Source: a virus
Direction: 5' to 3' (one strand)
Length of the DNA: 64,000 nucleotides
IMG/VR virus record: IMGVR_UViG_3300009129_001089
Positions 18,249 to 27,590 of the stretch are shown here, in pieces. The translations under genes and the position numbers were made by a program. Numbering within the stretch: the stretch's first letter is position 1; each line of letters begins with the position of its first letter. A model generated the notes under the pieces. The model ran no database searches, had not been told where the DNA came from, and was given only the letters and a program-made list of their open reading frames with translations.

Positions 18249-19900
18249 TCTTCTCCATTGAATATATTTTGTTTTAACCATTCATAATGAGTAGGTAAGG
18301 TTTTTACATACTTTAAATTTTTTGCTCTTTTTTCTGCTAACCATGTATCTAAACTACGTAACCATTCTTTTGTCTTATTAAAATCAGCATTTTGTCTAAC
18401 ATGTTGTTCTTTTATATCTCGTAAATATAATGGATTAAAATCCATTCCTGCCATAATAACACTAAGGGCTTCCTGAGGTTGAAAACTTTGATATGGATTT
18501 TCTAAAAACATATGCGGACCTAATACTTTATCTTTATAATAATTTAATGCTTCACATGCTGGAAAAATATTTCCATCATATTGTATTTCATTAGTAACAT
18601 ATTCCCAATAATCTGTGTCATTTCTTTTACAAAAGGCATAATGAAACATTATAAAAGATGCAAATGCCATATCTGCATGTATCCACGAATTAAAACTTTG
18701 TTTTAAATATCCTGTTACATTTTCACCATTATCGCCCATTTCTAGAGCATTACAAATATTTGTTATATTTTTATGGGTAAGTAATAATCCTGTACTTTCT
18801 AATGGTTCAATAAATCCACAACTTAATCCTACTGCTATAACATTTTTACACCAAGGTTCTTGCCTAATACCAGTTTTCATATCTATATGTAAAATATCTC
18901 GTATTGGTTCTTTTCCTGCAATAGGTTTTCTATGCTTTAACAAATATTCTCTAAATTCTTTTTCTGCTTCGTCCTTGGAAATAAAATCAGAACAATAAAC
19001 ATATCCTGTACCAATTCTATCATATAAAGGAATATTCCAACACCAACCAGCATTCATTGTGGTTGCATTAGTATTAGTTTCCATTTCTACATTTTTATCT
19101 GTATATGAAATAGATGTTGCTAATGCTTTATCATTAATTAATATATCACTAAATGAATTAAAAGGAACATTTAAAACTTTTTCTTGAAGAACACTATTAA
19201 AACCTGTACAATCAACAAAAAGATCTGCAGAATATTTTTCTTCACTTCCTTCTAATTTTAAATAATCTATATAACCATTTTCTTTTTGTACTGCATTTGT
19301 GTAGGTACCTAAAACATGTTTAACTCCTCGCGGTTCACAATAATGTAACCTCAACCACTCTCCAAATTTAGAGGCGTCAAAATGATACGCCCTATCTGTT
19401 GCAACTCCACTACGCATTCCTGCAAGAGATGTTGTTTGAAAATTATAAAAAAACTTATCTTCATTTAAAGTAAATTTATTATGATCTATTAATTCAATTG
19501 TATCCCAAAGAAACTCAGCATATTCTGTAGGAGGAGTATTACATAGTAATTTTCGTTGAAACCATTGATCTTTTCTTTTAAGAGGGGATTGTTCTTCTAC
19601 ATATCTAGGATAAAAACCAAAGGGATAATGAAAGCGAGTTCCTTTACCATCCCAATTTGTAAAATCTATTGATAATTTATATGTTGCTTTACAAAAAGGC
19701 ATCCAGTCGGTGTCTTTTATGTCTAACATTTTTAAAAAATCATTTATTTCTGCTAAAGTGCTTTCGCCAACACCTATGGTGTTTATATTTGCAGATTCAA
19801 TTAACGTAATATCTTTATTTGGGAATCTACTAATAAGACCAGCGGCAGTCATCCAACCGGATGATCCTCCGCCTAATATTATAATTTTATTGATTTGCAT
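18245..19900 (-). CDS. Flavin-dependent (tryptophan) halogenase-like protein
   Basis: GGGSSG, IGVGEST, ATYK (catalytic Lys), AYHFDA, GWCWNIP, FIEPLESTG. Confidence 0.9.
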   Translation of the reverse strand: MQINKIIILGGGSSGWMTAAGLISRFPNKDITLIESANINTIGVGESTLAEINDFLKMLDIKDTDWMPFCKATYKLSIDFTNWDGKGTRFHYPFGFYPRYVEEQSPLKRKDQWFQRKLLCNTPPTEYAEFLWDTIELIDHNKFTLNEDKFFYNFQTTSLAGMRSGVATDRAYHFDASKFGEWLRLHYCEPRGVKHVLGTYTNAVQKENGYIDYLKLEGSEEKYSADLFVDCTGFNSVLQEKVLNVPFNSFSDILINDKALATSISYTDKNVEMETNTNATTMNAGWCWNIPLYDRIGTGYVYCSDFISKDEAEKEFREYLLKHRKPIAGKEPIRDILHIDMKTGIRQEPWCKNVIAVGLSCGFIEPLESTGLLLTHKNITNICNALEMGDNGENVTGYLKQSFNSWIHADMAFASFIMFHYAFCKRNDTDYWEYVTNEIQYDGNIFPACEALNYYKDKVLGPHMFLENPYQSFQPQEALSVIMAGMDFNPLYLRDIKEQHVRQNADFNKTKEWLRSLDTWLAEKRAKNLKYVKTLPTHYEWLKQNIFNGEE

Positions 19901-19919
19901 TAATTAGTTTTAAATTATA

Positions 19920-20324
19920 TTACCATCCTAGGCCTGGCATTTGTCCGTCTGCTGGTATATCTTTTACTGGTGTAAAACTTTCTCCACAACCACAAACATG
20001 TTCATATTTTAATCGTTTAAATATAAATCCTTGTTCTACTAGATTGCCAACTTTATAATCGACTTCAACATCCCCAATAATATCATTAAGAATGTATTCG
20101 TCTACTACTAGTTTAACACCATATTGTTCAAAAATCAAGTCAGTAGGATCTACTGTATCTTCATAATCTAAACTATACTTCCAACCAGAACATCCGCCTG
20201 AATTTGCTCCTACTCTTAAATATGAATCTGCCCAATGTTTATCTTCATCGATACACATTTGTTTAAATTCTACAGCGGCCTTTTCTGTTATTTTAAGCTC
20301 ACATCCAACTTGGTTTGTATCCAT
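19920..20324 (-). CDS. A-type Fe-S carrier (IscA/HesB)
   Basis: GGCSG, CGCGESF; start at MDTNQ. Confidence 0.85.
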   Translation of the reverse strand: MDTNQVGCELKITEKAAVEFKQMCIDEDKHWADSYLRVGANSGGCSGWKYSLDYEDTVDPTDLIFEQYGVKLVVDEYILNDIIGDVEVDYKVGNLVEQGFIFKRLKYEHVCGCGESFTPVKDIPADGQMPGLGW

Positions 20325-20667
20325 CTTCTTTTTCCTTATGTTCATACATAAATGATGTCCTGCAACCACAGGAACCTTTTGCTGAGGGATTATTAAATTT
20401 CAGACCACGATCATTTAAATCATTTGACCAGTCTACTTCTGTATCTTTAATATATATGTGGCTTTTTTTATCTACTAAAATGTTAAGTCCGAATGACTCA
20501 AATTCTAAATCAAATTTGCCTTTTCTACTATCAAAATCTACTGTATAGGTAAAACCAGAACACCCTCCGCCTTTGACGCCTACTCGTACTCTTGTGTCGT
20601 CGCCAACTTTTTGCTCATTCATTATATTTGATATTACTTTTACAGCTCGTTTTGTAAATGTTACCAT
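20299..20667 (-). CDS. iscA: A-type Fe-S carrier (IscA/HesB)
   Basis: RVGVKGGGCSGFTY, FNNP, CGCRTSF. Confidence 0.88.
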   Translation of the reverse strand: MVTFTKRAVKVISNIMNEQKVGDDTRVRVGVKGGGCSGFTYTVDFDSRKGKFDLEFESFGLNILVDKKSHIYIKDTEVDWSNDLNDRGLKFNNPSAKGSCGCRTSFMYEHKEKEDGYKPSWM

Positions 20668-21011
20668 GTTGGGGGAGAATCTCCATCGGCGGTTTCAGTT
20701 AATAATTGGATAACATCTTTTCGTTTTATCATAGTCGAAAGATGATAATATGTTCCTTCATCTCTTCGTTGGAGTTTTCCATATTCATCAGAACCATCAG
20801 TCCAACATTCTAACGCATTACGAATATAAGGATCACCGGGTAAACTCCACGGAGGTCTATTAACATGTGTAATATCTCTCATGGGTTTTATATCCGTTAC
20901 TCCGTACCATTCTTTAAGATGTGTTAGTAATTCTTCAATATTCATGGCAGAAATATCATCCCATCCTAGATGTTTTCCTTTTCTGCCGGCGTGCCAAAAT
21001 TTTTGAGGCAT
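20661..21011 (-). CDS. Hypothetical protein
   Basis: ORF track; operon tiling. Confidence 0.6.
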   Translation of the reverse strand: MPQKFWHAGRKGKHLGWDDISAMNIEELLTHLKEWYGVTDIKPMRDITHVNRPPWSLPGDPYIRNALECWTDGSDEYGKLQRRDEGTYYHLSTMIKRKDVIQLLTETADGDSPPTW

Positions 21012-21017
21012 AAATTC

Positions 21018-21338
21018 TCACCCCGCTTTCTTGATGGTCCCCAAAAGTTCCTTTACTAGAGTTGCTTTTGTTTTGCGTTTATCCAACTCAATGTTGAATT
21101 CTTTTCTACCTAACGCTTCTAATTGACCTTTCGTCTTTTTCATTAACGAAGTCTTTGTATGTTTTGGACCTGCTTTTTTTGCTTTAGCCTTTGGTGCAGG
21201 TGTCTTTTCTTCCTTTGGTGGTATTTCTCCGGGCTCATAATTCGGTGTAGGTCTTCCTACCATTCCTTCTTCTATTGTACTTGCAGGAGGAACCGGTGAA
21301 CCGGTGAGCCAGTCTACCATATTTTTAAAAAATCCCAT
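21018..21338 (-). CDS. Basic protein with a C-terminal Rho-N/HeH-like helical motif
   Basis: LMKKTKGQLEALGR..IELDKRKTKATLVKEL after a Pro/Lys-rich linker. Confidence 0.55.
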   Translation of the reverse strand: MGFFKNMVDWLTGSPVPPASTIEEGMVGRPTPNYEPGEIPPKEEKTPAPKAKAKKAGPKHTKTSLMKKTKGQLEALGRKEFNIELDKRKTKATLVKELLGTIKKAG

Positions 21339-21339
21339 A

Positions 21340-21723
21340 TTACCTTTTTTGTTTGTTTTTATAATCTTGTATTGCTGATTTAATTGCGTCTTCGGCTAGT
21401 ACCGAACAATGAATCTTTACAGGAGGTAAAGATAACTCTTCAACAATGTCTACATTTTTAATACTATCTGCTTCTTCTATGGATTTACCTTTAATCCATT
21501 CTGTGGCTAAACTCGAAGAAGCAATTGCCGAACCACATCCGAATGTTTTGAATTTAGCATCAATAATCTCATTATTGTCGCCTACTTTAATTTGCAGTTT
21601 CATAACATCGCCACACTCAGGAGCACCCACCAAGCCAGTACCGACATTGTTATCGCTCCCATCCAGACTGCCAACATTTTTAGGTTCATTATAATGCTCC
21701 AATACATTTTCGCTGTATGCCAT
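21340..21723 (-). CDS. iscU: Fe-S scaffold IscU
   Basis: GAPECGDVM, FKTFGCGSAIASSS, LPPVKIHCSVLAEDA. Confidence 0.96.
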   Translation of the reverse strand: MAYSENVLEHYNEPKNVGSLDGSDNNVGTGLVGAPECGDVMKLQIKVGDNNEIIDAKFKTFGCGSAIASSSLATEWIKGKSIEEADSIKNVDIVEELSLPPVKIHCSVLAEDAIKSAIQDYKNKQKR

Positions 21724-21739
21724 ATAATTCCTTGTTAAA

Positions 21740-22429
21740 TTAAAACCAATAATATTTATCGCCTATAAAAAAGGTTTGTGTAATTCTAAACTTTTCTAAA
21801 TAATCTTTATGTTTAACTTCTGCCGAATGGGGAATTCTTTGTTGATATAATATCATAGTATTTGGTACCATTTTTGATTCATATATACGTTGTCCGTCTA
21901 TTGAACTTGTATAAAATCCTGTTCCTCCTGCACATTCTTCTAATAAATTTAAATATATAACTCCTGCAAACATACCTGGAGATGGTGGTTGTTTATCTCT
22001 GTGAGGCAATAAAGATACTAATGGTTGTGTTGCTGTTGTACGTTTTTGAATATGTTTTGTGTTTAATATGCCTGTTGTAAAAGGAAAATATATTGGTTTA
22101 GTATGTGGACCTCCCCATTCTTCAGAAAAATGTTTTAATAAAACATCATTTATTAATGTCCATAATGGAGTTTGGTCGCAAATATAATGAGCTCTATGAC
22201 CAGGATAATTTGTATGTTTATCTACATTTCTGGCAAACATACAAGGAAGTTCTAATGCAAATTGTCTTACAGAAATATAATCTTCATATACATCAGGAAT
22301 TTCTGCTACTTTGAGAGGAAATCTATCTTCTATATCTATATCAATTATTTTAATGTCACGTTCTTTGTTTATATCAACATCAAAAACATTACTATCGATA
22401 ATTTTTGGTATAGATGGTTGTTCTATCAT
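21740..22429 (-). CDS. 2OG-Fe(II) oxygenase (DUF6445-like)
   Basis: YPG.R, PHRD, AGVIYL, GGTGFY, PHS, RITQ. Confidence 0.78.
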   Translation of the reverse strand: MIEQPSIPKIIDSNVFDVDINKERDIKIIDIDIEDRFPLKVAEIPDVYEDYISVRQFALELPCMFARNVDKHTNYPGHRAHYICDQTPLWTLINDVLLKHFSEEWGGPHTKPIYFPFTTGILNTKHIQKRTTATQPLVSLLPHRDKQPPSPGMFAGVIYLNLLEECAGGTGFYTSSIDGQRIYESKMVPNTMILYQQRIPHSAEVKHKDYLEKFRITQTFFIGDKYYWF

Positions 22430-22962
22430 TGTCCGTCTACATCAAATAAATCTTCATTCCATTCTCTATGACCTTCTCTGTAAGCCATATTAGTTTGAGT
22501 TTCTCTTACTTCTACTCTGAAACACCAAAGACGCTCTGCTTCTCCGGGGCCCCACATATCTGGAATAAATACTCCATTTACATATTTGTATAGCTGATCA
22601 GCAAGACCTTCGCATCCAAGTTTTGGTAATATAGTAAGTTTTGCTAATCCTGCTTTTTCTAGTTGTTTGTAAAGTTCCATCTCTGGTTCATCTTCGGCAA
22701 CTAATAGAGTATGGTCAAACTGTTCATCAAGAAATTGTTTAAGTTCGCCTAAACCACCATAATCTGCAACCCAGTTTCTAACATCTAAATGATCTGTACC
22801 AAAAAAGAATCGCATACTAAAACTATAACCATGAATAATATTACAATGACTGTCTGCTCTCCATTGTCTATATGCACATGGAAATTTATCAACGTATTCT
22901 TTCGTGCTATTATATTTGTATGTTCTTGGTTGCCTATTTTCTAAAGTTATTGTGTCGCTCAT
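22426..22962 (-). CDS. queD: 6-carboxytetrahydropterin synthase / PTPS family
   Basis: SHCNIIHGY, DYGGL, FDHTLLV, GCE, VEVRET; start at MSDTI (ATGA overlap). Confidence 0.8.
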   Translation of the reverse strand: MSDTITLENRQPRTYKYNSTKEYVDKFPCAYRQWRADSHCNIIHGYSFSMRFFFGTDHLDVRNWVADYGGLGELKQFLDEQFDHTLLVAEDEPEMELYKQLEKAGLAKLTILPKLGCEGLADQLYKYVNGVFIPDMWGPGEAERLWCFRVEVRETQTNMAYREGHREWNEDLFDVDGQ

Positions 22963-23363
22963 GCTGGATCCTTGCTTTCCTGTAATTTTTGTTTTATAAT
23001 TTGTTCTGTACATAACATACCGAACATATTTGACATTGATCGTTGTTCTTCTGTTAATTCACCGCCCCAATTTTTTAAAAATTCTTTTGCTGGTACTGCT
23101 TCTCTAAGTCCATCCATTATACAACCACAAATGTTTTTTAAATCATCTGGCCAAAGTTGATCTGATTTGTATTGTGCATCTTCAAATGTCATATAACATC
23201 CATTAATAAATCCATATATTACACCTGAAGGATATTTAGGTTCAAATATTGTTTTGCTTTCTTCGGCATGCACTTTTCCATAACTGTCAGTTATTAAAGT
23301 CATGCAGGTTATTGGTAAACTTATAGCAAAAAATAATAATATTGCAATTATAATTTTTCCCAT
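22959..23363 (-). CDS. Secreted or membrane-anchored hypothetical protein
   Basis: N-terminal signal; C..CxC..C pattern. Confidence 0.6.
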   Translation of the reverse strand: MGKIIIAILLFFAISLPITCMTLITDSYGKVHAEESKTIFEPKYPSGVIYGFINGCYMTFEDAQYKSDQLWPDDLKNICGCIMDGLREAVPAKEFLKNWGGELTEEQRSMSNMFGMLCTEQIIKQKLQESKDPA

Positions 23364-23704
23364 GTTGAATCTCCTAATTGTCTTACTTTAGCAATACACT
23401 TTCCGTATGGAGATTTGGGTTTCCATTCTTCTGGTGCTATTAATGTTAAAGTTAATTTTTTATTTTTTTCGTACAAATAATATTCTTTTAAATGTACTGG
23501 CTTAAAGCCATATTCTGCTGTTGCTATTTTCTCTGCTAATTCCACTCTGTCTACAATTTCTTTTACTTGTTCTACTAATAAATCTGCATGTTCTTGTAAT
23601 TTTTTTATTTGTTCATTTGCGTGATGACGCATTGCTGTCAAACTATCTTGTTTGACTAAATCTATTTCAAAATTACCTTTCCATACTATATTTTTTCCAC
23701 TCAT
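23348..23704 (-). CDS. DUF2452-like protein
   Basis: FKPV..YYLY..LTLIAPEEW..D.TW pattern, recalled from the family. Confidence 0.55.
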   Translation of the reverse strand: MSGKNIVWKGNFEIDLVKQDSLTAMRHHANEQIKKLQEHADLLVEQVKEIVDRVELAEKIATAEYGFKPVHLKEYYLYEKNKKLTLTLIAPEEWKPKSPYGKCIAKVRQLGDSTWEKL

Positions 23705-23785
23705 TTATATGTATATTATTGCAAGTATTTTACCTGTAATAGCACCAGCAATAATTGCAAATAAAATTAGATACAGTTTCCACAT
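23705..23785 (-). CDS. Possible 26-aa hydrophobic peptide
   Basis: MWKLYLILFAIIAGAITGKILAIIYI; its stop abuts the next ATG. Confidence 0.35.
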   Translation of the reverse strand: MWKLYLILFAIIAGAITGKILAIIYI

Positions 23786-23851
23786 TCATAGGCCTAATTG
23801 GTAAATGATGTTTGTACTCCTAATAATTGTGTCAAACATATATTTCTTTTT

Positions 23852-24049
23852 TTAGGTATTTACTGCTTTATTACATTCATACCTAATATTATTTAAACAA
23901 TTATTACATATGGTATTATTTTCTCGTTTTTCTTTCGTTTTTTCTAATACATGGTCTAATATTTTAAGTATTTTTCTTTTAGTATTTTTTATTTGGCTTG
24001 AAAGATAATTTTCAGAAAAGGTTATATATTTGTTTTTTATATAATGCAT
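23852..24049 (-). CDS. Hypothetical protein
   Basis: AGGAG RBS; CxxC motif. Confidence 0.45.
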   Translation of the reverse strand: MHYIKNKYITFSENYLSSQIKNTKRKILKILDHVLEKTKEKRENNTICNNCLNNIRYECNKAVNT

Positions 24050-24063
24050 AATTTGCTCCTATT

Positions 24064-24306
24064 TTATATAATTGTATTAGTAAGTTTTGACGATGTATCA
24101 CGCAACCCTTGCACATATGCTTCTCGCCAATGTTCATTTAATGCATTTTCTACTAATTCTGCTATTTCAGGTTTATTTAAAACAAATTCTCGTAATAATC
24201 GAACGTCGCAATGAGTAACCTCATGCGGACAATGTTCGAGACATTCTTGAATATTTACTTCAAAACACGTTCTATCTTCAACTTTACTTTTTTCTTGTGG
24301 TTCCAT
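24064..24306 (-). CDS. Small Cys-motif protein, paralogue A
   Basis: ECLEHCP..C.VR..LVE.AL.EHW..AY.QG..DT shared with its neighbour. Confidence 0.7.
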   Translation of the reverse strand: MEPQEKSKVEDRTCFEVNIQECLEHCPHEVTHCDVRLLREFVLNKPEIAELVENALNEHWREAYVQGLRDTSSKLTNTII

Positions 24307-24543
24307 TTAAACACTTCCTTTATAAGATAATACTGTAAAATCTTTTACACCGTCTTTAATATCATTTAGCGTATCTACTACTCCTTGATCGTAGGCGGTC
24401 ATCCAATGTTCGTCTAATGCCTGTTCTACTAAATCTACTGTTGATGTATTACGAACTGCAACTCTTAAATCTCTAACAGTACAATATGTTTCTGGACATT
24501 CTGTGATACATTCCTCGACCGGTATTTGATTACAATTTACCAT
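24307..24543 (-). CDS. Small Cys-motif protein, paralogue B
   Basis: ECITECP..C.VR..LVE.AL.EHW..AY.QG..DT; AGGAG RBS. Confidence 0.7.
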   Translation of the reverse strand: MVNCNQIPVEECITECPETYCTVRDLRVAVRNTSTVDLVEQALDEHWMTAYDQGVVDTLNDIKDGVKDFTVLSYKGSV

Positions 24544-24562
24544 AGTTTTCTCCTTTATTTTA

Positions 24563-25102
24563 TTATGTTAAATTAAGTTGTGCAAAGGAGGCTTGTACAC
24601 CCAATATTTGATTATAACAGTCATATAAACAATGATGTTTTGCAGTTTTAGGAAGTTGCATATCTACAAGGCTGTACAATGTTCGGGTGTCCCGTATTTG
24701 CCAAAATTTCCACGGATTGCCTCTCTGTAGTATTTTATTTATAGTTTCTATAATCATTATATCGAATATAGAACCATGAGCCCAAAACTGATCGCACCCT
24801 TTACAAAACATGTAAAAGTCTTTTAATACATCTGCTATGTCACATCTATCTTCCGGAGCAAATGCTTCTTCTTTAACTTCATCGTCTTGTTTTGCCCACC
24901 ATTCTAAAGTGGGTTCGTCTGTTCGCAAACCTATTTTTGTACAAGATTCAGGATCAACACGTCTGTAAAAATGTTCCATATTAAATGGATCCTTATCTAC
25001 ATCATTGTCTGTGGGCCTGAACCGTATAGCACCAAATGTTAATAATACTGCATCGGGTCGAGTACTAAGGCATTCAACATCTATCATCACATGGTTTTTC
25101 AT
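24563..25102 (-). CDS. DEDDh 3'-5' exonuclease (Rv2179c/DUF5051-like)
   Basis: MIDVECL, WWAKQ, WAHGSIFD, RDTRT, HHCLYD. Confidence 0.85.
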   Translation of the reverse strand: MKNHVMIDVECLSTRPDAVLLTFGAIRFRPTDNDVDKDPFNMEHFYRRVDPESCTKIGLRTDEPTLEWWAKQDDEVKEEAFAPEDRCDIADVLKDFYMFCKGCDQFWAHGSIFDIMIIETINKILQRGNPWKFWQIRDTRTLYSLVDMQLPKTAKHHCLYDCYNQILGVQASFAQLNLT

Positions 25103-25108
25103 GTGTTT

Positions 25109-25137
25109 ATTATAACATAAAAAATTTATAAAGTCAA
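25109..25137 (-). promoter_or_regulatory. Sigma70-type promoter TTGACT-17-TATAAT, extended -10
   Basis: Minus strand ttgact-ttataaattttttatgt-tataat. Confidence 0.8.
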
Positions 25138-26711
25138 ATTGATTCGTACCATTCTGTTAGAAAATCATAATGGTTAGGAAAAGTTTTTATTACATTGTCC
25201 ATTCTATGTTTATGAACATCTAATACCATTTTACTATACTGTATAAAATCATCACTATATGATCTTTTAATATTTTCGTAATGACCAAATCCTTTTAATA
25301 ATTGCCACCAATGACCAGAAGCAAATATAGGAGAATTTGCTTCAACATATCTAAAACCTGGCATGTCTTTCATTTGCATATCATAAAACATAGTTTGGGA
25401 TAAAGGCCCATCTTTTATTGCATTATACATAGGCATTATTTTATCTGGTATTGGTCTTTCTTTTATTTCTTTCCAAAATTGTGTATCATTTTTTGGCGCC
25501 ATTCTATAATGCATATATATAAAATCTACCATTTCATCTACTTGTATACTAAACATTCGACTTATATGCGATCCCATAGCCTCATTATACATATTTTGTG
25601 TTTCATATAATAACTTGGCTAAATTACCTATTGCAATTACTGTAAATGCTAAATTTGTTGCTTCTAATGGTTCTAAAAATCCTGCAGAAAGCCCAACAGC
25701 ATATACATTTTTAATGGATATTGTTTCTCGTGTTCCTGCTTTAAATGGTATATGTAATGCTGGCGAATCCCAATCATTTATTTTTGTTCGTATTTCTTTT
25801 TCTGCATCATCTTTATCTATATATTTGTCACTGTAAACATATCCATAGGCTAAATCATCATAGGTAGGTATTGTCCACATCCAGCCCGAAGTCATTGCAG
25901 TAGATTTGGTATAAGGATGACATTCTTTTTGGGGATTGGTATATTTTTTTCTTATCGCTATAGCATTATTTGTAGGTAAAATCTCCTGTACCGAATGCCA
26001 TTGGCATTGATATATAAGATCAAATAAAACAGAATTAAATCCCGAACAATCTACAAAAATATCACCTGAAAGATTTTCCATTCTATCTTCTAAAATTAAC
26101 TCTTTTACATATCCTTCTTGATCTAAATTTGCATCTACGACACTATCAACGACATGTGTTACACCAAGTTTTATACATTCTTGTTTTAAAAAATCTATTA
26201 CTGCAATATTGTCCCATTGTACTGCATTAGGCGGAGGAGTAGAATGACCATTAAGATAATTAAATCGCTCCTTACCCATTTTAGGTGATTTATTGTTTAT
26301 TGCTAATCGATATGAAGGAAACCAATTAGACCAATCTTTTGCAGTCATGCCTGTTGCTATTGCGGCATCATGTGTACCATACGAATCATATTCTGTTGTA
26401 TCTAGTATACTAAATACTGCCGATTCACTATCGACTAAAAATTGATTATCAGGATTCCATCCGTCAAACATTACTCCCGATTTATAAGTTGCCTTACATT
26501 TTGGCATCCAGTCTGTTTGATTATATCCTGCGAATTCGAAAAAAGCAGAAACCGATGGTTGAGTACTTTCACCTACTCCTATGGTGGATATCTTTTTTGA
26601 TTCTATTACTGTTATATTATATTCTTTTCTTTTTAGTAAGAATAGTGCGGCCATCCACCCAGAGGTTCCGCCACCTATAATAACAATATCTTTTACTTTT
26701 ATATCTTTCAT
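25134..26711 (-). CDS. Flavin-dependent (tryptophan) halogenase-like protein
   Basis: GGGTSG, IGVGEST, ATYK, DCSGF, GWMWTIP, FLEPLEAT. Confidence 0.9.
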   Translation of the reverse strand: MKDIKVKDIVIIGGGTSGWMAALFLLKRKEYNITVIESKKISTIGVGESTQPSVSAFFEFAGYNQTDWMPKCKATYKSGVMFDGWNPDNQFLVDSESAVFSILDTTEYDSYGTHDAAIATGMTAKDWSNWFPSYRLAINNKSPKMGKERFNYLNGHSTPPPNAVQWDNIAVIDFLKQECIKLGVTHVVDSVVDANLDQEGYVKELILEDRMENLSGDIFVDCSGFNSVLFDLIYQCQWHSVQEILPTNNAIAIRKKYTNPQKECHPYTKSTAMTSGWMWTIPTYDDLAYGYVYSDKYIDKDDAEKEIRTKINDWDSPALHIPFKAGTRETISIKNVYAVGLSAGFLEPLEATNLAFTVIAIGNLAKLLYETQNMYNEAMGSHISRMFSIQVDEMVDFIYMHYRMAPKNDTQFWKEIKERPIPDKIMPMYNAIKDGPLSQTMFYDMQMKDMPGFRYVEANSPIFASGHWWQLLKGFGHYENIKRSYSDDFIQYSKMVLDVHKHRMDNVIKTFPNHYDFLTEWYESI

Positions 26712-26712
26712 A

Positions 26713-26997
26713 TTAATTTAATAATTTAGAATTAGGAATAAGTTCGGATAATTCGTCTTGGTCACCTTCGTAGACTTCAACTACTTCTCCGTTATCACCT
26801 AATTTAGAAACTGAAATTGATTTTTCTATTGACCCGTTTTCTAATTGTTTTACATCTAATTCAAAAAGAATATTGTCATGTGTAACTACTTCTATATGTC
26901 CTTCTTTAATAAAATTAGGATTAATATCGGGATCGTCTTCGATATTATCGTTAAAGGTTTGTATTACTTTTCGAAGCTCATATAATATATCATTCAT
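26713..26997 (-). CDS. Acidic hypothetical protein
   Basis: ORF track; operon tiling. Confidence 0.55.
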   Translation of the reverse strand: MNDILYELRKVIQTFNDNIEDDPDINPNFIKEGHIEVVTHDNILFELDVKQLENGSIEKSISVSKLGDNGEVVEVYEGDQDELSELIPNSKLLN

Positions 26998-27239
26998 AGA
27001 AGTTTTAATATTATAGAAACAGAAGGGTCAGAAAGCCAAAAAAGGCGTTTAACATTAACTCGCCCTTGCTTAAATTTTTTAAGAGTATTTTTTTGAGCTT
27101 TCCAACCAGTTCTACCTAACGTCCTGTTTAGGTAATGAACAATAGAATAGAAATGATCTCTATCACGTATGTTCAAAGATACAGCGACATATTCTTCTTT
27201 GTCTACCTTATAGGCTTTGCCTTTCCTTAATTTTTGCAT
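26994..27239 (-). CDS. Basic hypothetical protein
   Basis: ORF track; operon tiling. Confidence 0.55.
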   Translation of the reverse strand: MQKLRKGKAYKVDKEEYVAVSLNIRDRDHFYSIVHYLNRTLGRTGWKAQKNTLKKFKQGRVNVKRLFWLSDPSVSIILKLL

Positions 27240-27270
27240 ACCGTATCTCTTAGTATATTAAAAAATAAAA

Positions 27271-27587
27271 CATGTAATCAGCGGTATTATTGCCATATAC
27301 TCAATTTAAGAACGAAAGCAAAATCTTTTTGTTTTTAGCCATATCGCGAATAGGCTAAGGTTTGTTGATTTCGCATTTCCTGAACCGGCTACGATTAATT
27401 TTCAACATGCTTGCATATTACAGGCAGAGGTTAATAAGAGCGAACCGAACTTTGTCACATCCTGTTTCTATCGGTAGGCGGACTTTATGGTCATTTGAAA
27501 CACATCTTGATCAAGTTTACTACTATAAACAGCACGTAATTGATTAGATCAGTTCTTCCTGTTTACATGACGATATTTGTCCGCCTA
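27271..27587 (-). ncRNA. Candidate structured non-coding RNA (unassigned)
   Basis: 350-nt gap with raised GC; nested inverted repeats (TAGGCGGAC 27475-83 / GTCCGCCTA 27579-87 and others); begins just after a GATAAATA motif. Confidence 0.5.
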
Positions 27588-27590
27588 AAA

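Noticed and set aside
27362-27547. 61-aa plus-strand ORF and 12-17 aa minus-strand micro-ORFs in the long gap
   Set aside because: There is no convincing RBS or protein-like pattern, and nested inverted repeats favour an RNA or DNA structural element. Not fully excluded.
27271-27587. Assignment as RNase P, SRP RNA, group I intron or retron msr-msd
   Set aside because: The diagnostic conserved motifs were not found by eye, and there is no reverse transcriptase in the window.
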